Below, piece by piece: positions 33,095-44,100 of a stretch of 64,000 bases of DNA. The notes beneath the pieces are model-generated. The model saw only the letters and a program-made list of their open reading frames with translations. It had not been told where the DNA came from and ran no database searches. Origin of the DNA: Ruditapes philippinarum (taxonomy: Eukaryota); NCBI RefSeq assembly GCF_026571515.1, contig NW_026853784.1, positions 62,001 to 126,000 of the forward strand, given 5' to 3'. Made by a program: the position numbers and the translations under genes. The stretch's first letter is position 1. Each line of letters starts with the position of its first letter.

Positions 33095-34770
33095 TCTACA
33101 TGCAGTATGACCTAGGTCCTGGACTTCGAGAAAGAAAGGTCATCAGACGACAAAATCGATGCAAACCATTTCAGTATTACATTGACAAGGTGAAAGAATT
33201 TGGGATGATACACTTTCCTGAAAATTTAAGAAATTACGGATGGGTAAGACGTTTGATCTTACATTTATCTATCTTATATTTAATTATGTTTTATACATGT
33301 ATATTTTACTGCAAGGAAATATTAAACATATAACTTTTTTTTTCAATTCTAGAATAAACCGTTTTATCTGAAATCCAGCAAGGACCACATATTACATATG
33401 CTTTTAATGCAAATTTGTATATTTAGTTTGGTTAACTAATAAAAGTTTTTTCTTGTTTTATTTTAGATTCAAAATGAAGGCACTGATCTATGCATTGAAA
33501 AGGATACAATGTTGGAAAAGTGCAGTAAGTTCCAAGCAGTTTTTCAGGTGCGTTTTCAGTGTTGTTGCACTTTGGATTCATTAAATGTTTTGGTTGGTTG
33601 TTTTTTTAAGTCGCACTAACACAGATGAAGTCATAATTATAGCGACTCTTTTCAACTTTATTGGTGGAGGAAAACCTCGGGTGTCCTCCGTGCATTATTT
33701 CAGGCACGAGCGGGCACCTAAGAAGAAGCATCGACGTACCGTAATTTAGCTGAACAGCTTCCTCCTGTGCAGAATCCAAAGTCCTTGGCGGGATTCGAAC
33801 CTTCAATGATAAGGGGCAAGTGGTTTGAGTCAACGACCTCAACCACTCGATCACGGACATCCTCTCGAATCATTTTTGCTTTTATATAGTCTGAATAGAT
33901 ACCACTGAATTGTTTTACTCGTCAGCTCTTTAATGCTTTAGAAATATTACACAAACCAAATACATATAATGGGTCTCTGTTAATGCGATAGGTCGAAATG
34001 ACATCAATTTAAATGATAAAAATAATACATAGTATTCTAGATTACTTTTTCAGTAATAATATAGTATTCTACATTATTTGTTGAGTCCAATATCACATTT
34101 GAAATTTCAGTTTTATGAACATACGGAAGAGTATCACATACGACATGACGGCTGGTGTCTATTTCCGGCGTCTATGATAAACCAGCCGTCACTTGTCCTA
34201 GTTAGAGATGAATGTTATGCTCTCACCCCGGAGAGATCGGAGTGGATTTACACTGTGGTAAATATTTAATATTTTTTTAATTAAGTCCTTCTCATACCAA
34301 GTCTTTAAATGGTGTTGTGATAGAGTACTATTTAGATATTACATAAATTAAGATATGTGTTTTTTTTGAGAAAATGTTTGTATTTTATAAATGATTGCAA
34401 ATCACGTATGTGTCGTGTCTCATTCGTTGCGAACCGTTAAACTTTTTTTTTAATTTTGCCTAGTACAAACGTCACTAGACCATGAGCCGCCTTGTCTTTA
34501 CACTGTTACTTCCAATAAGTTCACCCAACTATATCAATATGATTATAGAGATTTTCATATCGTAGTTCATTATTAGATCTGTGCATGAATTTCATTAAAA
34601 AGAATAAAACACATTTTATTTTGGTTTCATGACAGGACAAGCAGTTAAAGCATAATTACACGAACACATGCCTATGTGTAAAACAAGGAGAACACAAACC
34701 TCAACTAGTTCTTGACAAGTGTAGAAGTGACCCGAATCAGCGCTGGATCTGGAAACTCTGGGATTCTTAG
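22467..34770 (+). CDS. GALNT: Polypeptide N-acetylgalactosaminyltransferase (GT27), 576 aa; exons 22467-22695, 23493-23646, 27901-28064, 28809-28973, 29294-29507, 30006-30123, 32619-32804, 33106-33243, 33467-33547, 34111-34257, 34636-34770
   Basis: N-terminal signal anchor; LPDTR...C; [13 protein letters not shown]; IIDDGS; GLMVAR; DxH (DCH); GWLEPLL; WGGEQIELS; VWTCGG..EIIPCS.VAH; AEVWMD; C-terminal ricin-type lectin repeats ending QRW. All exon phases join (1731 nt) if intron 2 is GC-AG. Confidence 0.93.
24773..25324 (-). CDS. C2H2 zinc-finger protein, 183 aa (left-arm copy)
   Basis: F-x-C-x2-C-x3-F-x5-L-x2-H-x4-H, acidic linker, helical basic C-terminus. Intronless, upstream TATAAG, AATAAA overlapping the stop. 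Confidence 0.8.
   Translation of the reverse strand: MFACSDCDKNFAKKYNLFRHKKSVHEEDTRSKENEESEISDSNDTEESDLESKSDEELAEETIDPWWDIVKYGYDEHQEEVNSLASEIMEDDNDISEKDASKKAYHKLLPVIRRAVMKKYLFRIMWFESVKKDRFHRAVKQTMRRLRDEDDFESEEAWKAAVSKRKYLFDKLLKKYQPMINYK
25503..25682. repeat. ~52-bp degenerate tandem repeat (about 3.5 copies) rich in CTGCTC/TTGCTC in the palindrome spacer
   Basis: Units GACTGTCCTCTAGCCCGCTCATTCCTGCTCGTAGATTGCTC..., AACTGTCCTCTTGCCTGCTCATATCTGCTCGTATATTGCTC..., ...CATCTAGCCTGCTCACACCTGCTCGTAGATTGCTC..., GACTGTCATTTAGCC. Confidence 0.8.
25788..26339 (+). CDS. C2H2 zinc-finger protein, 183 aa (right-arm copy)
   Basis: Identical to the left copy except residue 18 (L instead of F). Confidence 0.8.
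   Translation: MFACSDCDKNFAKKYNLLRHKKSVHEEDTRSKENEESEISDSNDTEESDLESKSDEELAEETIDPWWDIVKYGYDEHQEEVNSLASEIMEDDNDISEKDASKKAYHKLLPVIRRAVMKKYLFRIMWFESVKKDRFHRAVKQTMRRLRDEDDFESEEAWKAAVSKRKYLFDKLLKKYQPMINYK
30371..32230 (-). mobile_element. 5'-truncated non-LTR retrotransposon (LINE) 3' fragment, interrupted by a DNA element
   Basis: GECGRLPL...RYWCKL and [16 protein letters not shown]...C..C...EYH...C motifs; AATAAA and (TTGAC)n tail. Reading frame rejoins (IDCF|TQNW) when 30935-31865 plus one TA is removed. Confidence 0.85.
30935..31865. mobile_element. Non-autonomous DNA element with one-sided subterminal hairpin (Crypton-like)
   Basis: TA on both sides; ~45-bp stem at the left end (30939-31064); internal TTATTACCCC is complementary to the right end GGGGTAATAA. 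Family assignment tentative. Confidence 0.65.
33035..33094. repeat. (TTTA)n microsatellite next to the GALNT exon 8 acceptor
   Basis: Direct observation. Confidence 0.95.
33590..33862 (-). mobile_element. tRNA-derived SINE
   Basis: Minus-strand head GATCGAGTGGTTGAGG...GGTTCGAATCCCGCC (A/B boxes), conserved core, (AACC)n tail. Confidence 0.8.
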
Positions 34771-35053
34771 AGGAAGTGCATGTTTTATTCTGACTTAATT
34801 ACATGAACATATACAGTTGTATATGTGTAATTATATGTTTTTATTTGAATATATTTATTGTTAACGTCACATTAAGCCTCAGAAATTAACATATTTCCGT
34901 AGAAAGGGCACACCTGCGTTCTATATGCTGATTGATATTAAATGCTAAGAAAATGGAGTTGAATGTGAAATTATGTTTAATAGTTATATCAAAATGCGGT
35001 GTAAAAAATGGTGTTTTGTTTAATACACATAACTTAATCATCAAATTGCTAAA

Positions 35054-35067
35054 ACACACACACGCAC

Positions 35068-35098
<31 letters not shown>
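35054..35098. repeat. (CA)n microsatellite
   Basis: Direct observation. Confidence 0.95.
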
Positions 35099-36030
35099 AA
35101 AGATGCAATATTAAGTTCGGCTGTATGGGGGATAAATAACGTTTTTGAAACTGTAATAGGACAACAAATTTTTATCCTTATTAAAATGTTCTTTATTGTC
35201 GTTTTAAATTTCTTTCTTTCCTTCTTTCTTTCTTTTTTTCTTTCTTGGTCTTGTCAAGAAATCGTCAAGAAGTCGCAATGTATTTGTAAGAATTGTAAAT
35301 ACATATATTAACTACGCGGTTTGAAATTCTTAAATGTGTTACATTTATAAAGTTAAACAAGTAGAACATATTGATGTACAACATTTGTGTATTTATATGC
35401 CTTTAGCAAATAAAAAGAAAAACAACAGTGAACTACAAGTTTCGTTTTTCTTTATAAATTTGGTATTTATGCTTACAAATATTTGATTCACTATAGCACA
35501 TACCGCTGTATATTAGATTAAAATTTATATGAAAATAAATTAAATTTTAGATACGCGTAGTGAGACTTTCTATTTATAAGTTCTAGATTCAAAGAAAAAA
35601 AAGTTTACTTGTAAATATATTTTTTGATTATCAAAATGTAACGCCATATCAAAGGGCCAGATTATCTCTTTTTTTAGCAAAATTGTGCCCCTTTTTTACT
35701 TTATTTTTTGCCGATTCTAAATTTGGTTAAATAATATACATATATGCAAAATTGAATTAAAAACTAAAGGAAAAATAATGTGTGACTCCCAGAATTTACC
35801 TTGAATAGTCTTGTAATCAGGTCTTATTGCCCGTGTTAGAAACACTTTAAAGGAGTTATTTTGAAGCTTAAAGTGATGATGATTTAACTCCGTACAATAC
35901 CACAAAACATAAATCCGTCTGCATTCACAAAAAAGTAAAATAGCAGGGAAAAGCGACATGGAGATCCTATATAATAGTCTACGGAATGACTAGGTTAGTC
36001 TGTTTTGAGGAAGGACCAGTTTAGCTTTTG

Positions 36031-37054
36031 TTATGCTCCCCGAAAAATTTCGGGGGAGCATATAGTCGTCCGTCAGTCCGTCCGTCCGTCAGTCCGTCCG
36101 TCCGTACGTCCCGAATTCGTGTCCGGCCCATAACTTTGTTATTTGAAGTCGGATTTTAAAAATATTTCACAGAAATTATCACCATATTAAGACGACATGT
36201 TGCGCGCAACATTTGGGTCGCTACCTTGAAGGTCAAGGTCACAGCATGACCTTGCAGCAAAATCGTGTTGGGCCCATAACTTTGTTATTTGAAGTCGGAT
36301 TTTAAAAATATTTCACAGAAATTATCACCATATTGAGACGACGTGTCGCGCGCAACATTTTGGTCACTTCCTTGAAAGTCAAGGTCACAGCATGACCTTG
36401 CAACAAAATTGTGTCCGGCCCATAACTTCGTTATTTGAAGTCCGATTTTAAAAATATTTCACAGAAATGATCATCATATTGAGATGACGTGTCATGCACA
36501 ACATTTGGGTCGCTACCTTGAAGGTAAAGGTCACAGCATGACCTTGCAGCAAATTCGTGTCCGGCCCATAACTTTGTTATTTGAAGTCAGATTTTAAAAC
36601 TATTTCACAGAAATGATCACCATATTGAGATGACGTGTCGTGCGCAACATTTGGGTTGCTACCTTCAAGGTCACAGCATGACCTTGCAGCAAAATCGTGT
36701 CCGGCACATAACTTCATTATTTGAAGTCGGATTTTACAACTATTTCACAGAAATGATCACCATAATGAGACAATGTGTCAAGCGCAACATTTGGGTTGCC
36801 ACCTTGAAGGTCAAGGTCACAGCAGGACCTTGCAGCAAAATCGTGTCTGGCCCATAACTTCGTTATTTGAAGTTGGATTTTACAACTATTTCACAAAAAT
36901 GATCACCATATTGAGACAATGTGTCGTGCACAATATTTGGGTTATTTTTACAATTTGAACTTTGTCTGTGACATAACTCTGACACTACAAGAGGTATACC
37001 TTCCTGTGTCCAAAACCTATTCGGGGAGCATCACCCGGTTCAACCGGCTCTTGT
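36031..37054 (-). mobile_element. HINE/pearl-like element with 146-bp array (about 6 units)
   Basis: Hairpin ATGCTCCCCGAA...TTCGGGGGAGCAT, (GTCC)n, units at 36129, 36275, 36421..., end CCGGTTCAACCGGCTCTTGTT. Confidence 0.87.
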
Positions 37055-38088
37055 TATATACATGTCTTCATATTTTCACCAACTTACGGCTGAAATACAT
37101 CGTCAAAAATACAACACCCCTTCTCCCACCGTATAAGGCAAACATATTATTGTAAGCATACAGTCCAATACAATAATTTTAAAAATGTTGTAAGCTTGAT
37201 TTGATCGAGAATTGTCAAAAAACATGTATGTTGTTGTGCATGGCGACAGTAACGAACCTTACAGAAACGGACATGCTTCCAGTTATGACACAGAGCCGAA
37301 ACAGTGTACACAAAAACTTTTCCCGCTCTTTAATCGTCACCGAGCCGTCAAGTAAAACAATGATTTAATTTTCTCGAAAACATTGGATATTGTTGGTATG
37401 GTTTGGCGACTGAAGAAATGTCAATAATGCACCGCCTTATTGAGAAAGCCTGTACACATTCTGGCTGAGATCGACCAGCTGGGATAATGTACGCCATGTA
37501 CCTGTTAAAATGCCGCTCTTTTAAAGACATATTGCTGAGTTTAACGGCCATCAGATCTCTTTTAAAAGTCGTTCAATTGTTAGGATTTGAAAACCTTTCC
37601 TGTGCACTGGGTAAATGTGAAATATTGCAGCCTGAATGACAAATACAAAGGCTTTCAGATTGTAATTACGAAAGCTAGCCTATAAGAGTTCTTAATATCT
37701 AGTTTTTAGATTTTTTTTTAAATTTCTAAGCAAATCATTGGCAAACAAAAATTATTCCTGCATCTCCATGTATTACGTTTTTGACTACTAGGCAGCGCTT
37801 AATCAGTTCTACATAATCTTGATTTATTCTATCATTAAAAATGAAGTAGAAATAAATCCACTTCTATACTGTTACTTTTAATAACAAATATTTTTTTGTC
37901 TTTTATCTTATTACTTTCATTATGGAATTTGCGAGTTAAGTACTTACCCAAAACTGGAAGACATTGTTTGCAAGGTCCTGTTTAACTGACATACAGTTTT
38001 ATAAAATGAGAAGAGCAAAGTCCGGAATCTATTTAAGTACGGGATAATAATTACACGGCTTTGACAGATTTTAGTGTGTTCTTTAAGC

Positions 38089-38096
38089 TGACGTGG
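38089..38096 (+). promoter_or_regulatory. UPRE-like site TGACGTGG upstream of PRDX4
   Basis: Exact match to the XBP1/ATF6 UPRE consensus, ending 18 nt before the ATG of an ER-targeted enzyme. Confidence 0.45.
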
Positions 38097-38114
38097 AAAA
38101 ATGGCGTCTACGGC

Positions 38115-41100
38115 ATGAAACTCTTCGTTGCATTTCAGATTTTTGTGGTTTTTACTGCAAATATTGATTGTCAGGAAGTATGCCAGTCTTTATTTGGTGG
38201 CCAGGTATATCCACAAGAAACTTGTGCTACGCAATCTGGGCAGAGATCTCTCGGGCATTCTCTACAGTGGAGCCAGGCAATAAGTATGTACCCCACCCGC
38301 TTAGAGTGTAGTGATGATAATTAATGCATCATTGTCAGTAGGATGCCAGAAAAGTTGATTTATTTTCAATCAAGCATTTAAATGATACTTCTCAATTTTG
38401 CAATTACAATTTACATGTGAATGATGATAAATATGTCATAGCTGGAAGCAATATGGAAGTTGCTAAATTTGGCATAGCCGTCTGTGCAACAAATTTAACA
38501 GTTTTACCTATATAATTAATATACTATGTGATGGAAACTGAATTACACATGAAGCAAGATCTAAATGATTATATTACTGCCACATCTCTGTGTTGCATTT
38601 AGGCTGCGTGATTTGTGCATATTTTTGCACATCACGCATTTTAATGAAGTCAGTGACTGTGCACGCCAAGTTGCTCACTAGACAATCTTTTCAACTTAAT
38701 TCAGTTTATCTTCATCATATCTTGAACACTTCTGCCATGATTGTTTTCACTTGCAGTTATGACTAAAATACGTACTATAGCGTGTGTAGCAGCAGGCCAG
38801 GCCATCTTGTATTGGTATTGATGGTTTGATCTGTGCACATGAATGACAGACTATTCTCTCCCTTACCAGTTCCTCCCCCTGACGGTTCTCTCCCTAACCA
38901 TTTCCTCCCCTGACGGTTCTCTCCCAAATTTGAAATATGCAGACAGTTCTCCCCCAATTTTTATAAGTTATCATTTTAGTTTTGCCTTAATCTAATAATA
39001 TTTCTTAATGAAGATTATTAAAAGAATGTGTTTGATATTAACTGCATTTTATGTTTTATCAGCTGAAAAGTGTTTGTAAATTTAACACCTTTTTTCAGTA
39101 TTTTAATCCTATCATAACATACATGTGACAAATGAAATGGGCCAAATCTGGATTTTCAGCTGGATTTTGAGGCTCAAAACTGGATTTTTTTATCGACTCG
39201 AATTTCAGTGCGTGTTTGGCACATTTGGTTCAAAGAATCTATATTACCCTCAAAATCATTAAATGATAATACTTTTTATGATTTTTTTGTTGATCAATAT
39301 TAATTTATTTCACCAAAAAAATAAATAAATAGATAAATAAATAAGTGTAGTCATACTGGCTATTTCTAAAACAGTCACACTTTCACATTTCATTATTTTC
39401 AGTTTGAAGAATTATAATGTCTTTTCAGTCATTCAATAATTAAACACAAGCTATTTGAAAACGTGCAACAACTATTCATAAACATAAGACTATGACAGTT
39501 AAATAACGTAACATAAGTAAAAGACTCAAAATAAATGCAAGAATCGTTCTGTTATTAAATCCACATTTTTGCCTCGATGATTGCGTAATTCCTAAACAAA
39601 ACAAAAAATTACCCACTCACTAAAAATAGGTTAATTAGACATCTCAAACAGGTTTTGAATGATCTACTTTAAATGATTCTGCTCCCCTTTTATCTTTATC
39701 AGTGCGGCACTAATCAAAGAAAATCAAAGGATGAGCCGAATTCATACATGTAAATTAACAGGGTCGTTTTGATGACGTAGTGTGTAATACCTATTGCCAA
39801 ATTACAAAAGAGGTCAATTGACTGACACAGGACACGTGATAAGTTAAACATGTGAGAATAACTTTGGGTATTGGAACTGTTTATTACGTCACCTTGCTGT
39901 CAATTAGCGACTCAACATTTAATCCGCTATAATTTAGGATATGGACAGATAACAATCAATGCCCGGAGGCACGGTTTACATTTTAGATACAGGTGCTGTG
40001 TTTGATTTTTTTTATGTTCATTTTTTTTTTAAATATCGGGAATTCAAGCTGTAATATCGGGAATCGGGATCAGTGTTGAAATATCGGGATTTTTTTAAAT
40101 CCCGCCGGGATGTCACATGTATGTCATAATCAACACCTTTATTGTGAGAGATATAGATCATTGGACAGTGATTGATATACACTTGTAATTATGTTAAGGT
40201 CTAGCTAATGTGATGTTCATTCATTTGTTAAATAGTGAATAAGGTGGAAACAAGTATGTTCTAGAAAATAAATAAACAAAACTGGTATGCAAACACATTC
40301 CACATATACTTTTTTACAAAATCGATTTTAAAAACATGTAGTCATTAACTTGAAACAATATATAATACCGAATAACTAATATAATACTTATTCATCAACA
40401 CCTTTTCACAGCTATTTTAATCTAATCAACACCTTGATTCTTGAGTAATGAATTAATAAACACCTCAATTATCACTGACAGCAAACATTTAACTTAACGC
40501 ATACATGTGTGTATTGAACTCCTTTTTTCTTCATTATACAAAAGTTTAGCAATTAAAATTTATAATCATTTTTTGCCTATAAATTTCATTTTTATTTATT
40601 AAGAAAAAAATAATATCTTAATAAAAAAGTGAGTTATGATTATCCTTATCAAGAAAATTATTCATTAATTATTTTCAATGACTAAACACATTAAAAAGTA
40701 TACATTACATCTAATTAAAAAATCAGAATAATTAACTAATATCATCATTGATCAATTATTATTATATGTTTAAAAAAATGTTTTTCTAATTCAATTTATA
40801 TCAATTGATAATAAAGTTACAAATTTATTAAACATCTAAATACTTCAATAAAATATTTTTTTCTCTAATTTATATTAATTTTTGATAATAAACTTACCGA
40901 TTTATTGTTGCTGCTAACAAAATTGAAACTTGAATTAAACATCTGAATACTTCATTAAAGTATTTTCTCTCTAGTTTATATCAATTTATAATAAACCTAC
41001 CCATTTATTTAACATCTAAACACTTAAAATCTATTTTTTTCTAATTTATATCAATTGATAATAAACTTACCCATTTATTTATCATCTAAATACTTTAATG

Positions 41101-44100
41101 ATAATGTAATTATAAAAATAAAAATGGGGAGGAACTGTCTTCTAATTTGCAAATATGCAGACAGTTCTCCCCCAAAATAGGGAGAGAACCGTCAGGGAGG
41201 AAACGTCAGGGGAGGAACTGGTAAGGGAGAAAATAGTCTGAATACCGTGCACATTACTAGTATTAATAAATTATAAAAAATCTGACCCAGTCGACTCAAC
41301 TACCGCTACAGAGCACCAAAAAACAGAAAGCCAGTAACATTAAAAAATCAGGGAGACAATCCTTCATGATTTTGAAATTCTAGATGCAAAACTGACATCT
41401 GAAAAAAATGTTTTATCTTTTTTTAAATTATAGATCACTCAATTCAATTTTCAACCATAAATGTATTATACCTATATGAATTCAAATTTTAAACCTTTAT
41501 ATTGTACACTCACTTATTGTATTTGTTATTTTCATTGGGCTGTATTATTTAAATCAAACATTTTTGTTGCATTAATTTATTATAATGTACAAGTCATTTG
41601 TTTATCTTGTCATATTTTTAACATGCTTTGATGTACATGATAAACCAATCTTTTTCAGTATCTAAACCTGCTCCAGACTGGAATGGAACAGCAGTTGTAG
41701 ATGGAAAATTCAAAGAGATCAAACTGTCAGATTACAAAGGAAAATATCTTGTCTTCTTCTTTTACCCAATGGATTTGTAAGTTTGATCTCTTCAGTATAA
41801 TAACTTTGTATTTTAATAAAGTTTAGTTACAAACCTGCATTGTATATGATCTGATCAATAACACAGATTTATATTACAAGGATTGGACACTCCCAGTTAA
41901 CCCTATATAAATGCTTAAATATCTTGTCGTGCACCCGATAAAGGTACATCGATCGATAATTTATCGGCGCTAAGCGAAAATGCCCGTTCGCAACGGATAC
42001 CTACTTTACAAAATACCATATAGCTTTTCCATTTATTATCCGATTTTTGAAATTTAAAGTTTATTTTCAAGGAAAATGCTTGTTTAATTCAAATATCTAA
42101 TTTATTTTTTAAAGATACAGACTATCTGTCCGCAACGACGATTAAGAAATTAACTTGACGAAATCCGCGGTAAATTTACATTTTTTATATAAAAAGCAGA
42201 TATTTGAAATTTATTATTACGGTAACATAATACATTCAATTTCAAAATTAATAAAAAAAGAAGCCGATGGAAGTTATTCACAGTTGATCAAAGATGCAAT
42301 ATTTAAGATTTATTTGGTTATGTAGTCAAATTAATTGACGCACAATTGTTTTACGGGTAATGTATTGCGGGCTTTACAATTCGCTCAACACGTGAAGTAA
42401 ATTTATTCATTTTTTTAAATACAAGATATTGCTGATATTGTCAATACATGTATTGCCATTTTCATAGGATATTTAAATTTTCTTCATCATTTATATCATT
42501 ATTATTATTATTTTTTTTTTGTAAATCTGTTTTCAAATGTCGGTGCAGTGAAGTAGACAATCATCGTAACAGTAAAGTACTCTCGTGTGGCTGTCTTGAT
42601 TCCGGCCTTTTTAATGTCACTCGTATATTTTAATTATTTCACTCGAATATTTTAATTATTCTTTTTATTTGAGTGCCTGTAGAAAGATATTTCTGATATT
42701 TTTTAATGTAACGCTAAAAAAACAATAAAAATCTTTACAGTTTGAGTCAGTATTATGCGAAATAAAAGTAACTGTTGATTATTTTTTACACATCGCTTAA
42801 ATTTCTTTGAAGTTTAATTACTTTTGAAGGGGGTTAATTACCAAGTAACAAGTGATAATTGAAAAACTTTATTTTCAAACTTTCATTATCAGGTTACATG
42901 TGATAACTTCAACACTCAATCTTCAAAAACAAATAGAATTTGAATGTATATGTTGTATGTGCGCGGTCTTTAACTACAGTCCACTTAATTTGTATAGCCC
43001 TTTCTTTGAAAAATAATGAAAATAAACATATGACAAATAAATCATTTGACGTGAATTGTGAAGGATAACTATGAAAAAAATCTGTTTAAAAAAAAAAAAT
43101 ATTATAAAACAGCTGTTCAGTATGCCAATAAAAGTTTCTTCCTTGAATTCATCTATATATGAACGAATGTCTAGAATGATCTGATAATATATTTAATACG
43201 CTGATTAGTAGAATATATACTATATTTATACTGATATACAGGTATATCAAATAAAAAATGTACAAATCATTTGGAAATAATTCACAGAAATAAAGACACA
43301 TTTCAAACATGAATTTCTTTAAAAGTATTTTAGCAATCAAGAAACATTTTTTTGCAATGCCACCATTAAACCATGTAAAAAATAATTATCTTAATCTGAC
43401 TCGCTGTTATAATCTATGTTTGACGTAAAAGGGCGTCAAAGTGTAGAGGATTTGCCTAAACAATAGGCGAATATTTTTTAAATTAGGTACTTTTTAACTA
43501 AGCGTCGCAGCGTTCTATCGGCATTTTTTCATATATTAATACTTTAGCTGCACAAAATAATACTGTATCAATACATTCATATGTGTATAATTTTTCACAA
43601 AGCTGCAATAACACCACATACTCTTGTGAAAATCTGTCATATTTCGCACTCCGAGCGTTCCGCCATCTCATTCTGTCCACCTTTATCCGATTCCGCGCAT
43701 GCGCGCGACGGGACTTTAAGCTAAACGAAAGTGTCCGATCCTTGTAATATAAATCCGTGTCAATAAGCAATATTTTTGTGATGAAAGTACATGTAATTTT
43801 TATATGTTAATTGAAGTATGTGGTTTTTTTGGTATGTGTAATTTTTATTTTATGCCTTATCACAAGAATTAAATTAATATATTTTAAGGCAATGGTTACT
43901 TAATGATATGTGATTATTTTAGATTTTTTAATGGGACATTTATGTTTATTTGTACATTTATGTACTCTAATATAGCTGCTAAGTAAGCTTTTGGTTTCTG
44001 TTACAGCACATTTATTTGTCCTACTGAGGTGGTTGCCTTTAATGAAAGGATAGAGGAGTTTAAGAAGATAAATACAGAAGTTGTTGCATGCTCCGTAGAC

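Noticed and set aside
33770-33862. tRNA gene
   Set aside because: A/B boxes continue into a SINE body and tail, and no clean cloverleaf is evident.
36630-37155. Short ORFs in the 146-bp arrays (also 55904-56334 and 18392-19284)
   Set aside because: Chance open frames in tandem repeats.
35717-37551. Minus-strand gene between GALNT and PRDX4
   Set aside because: Isolated donor-like sites and short ORFs do not join into a recognisable protein.
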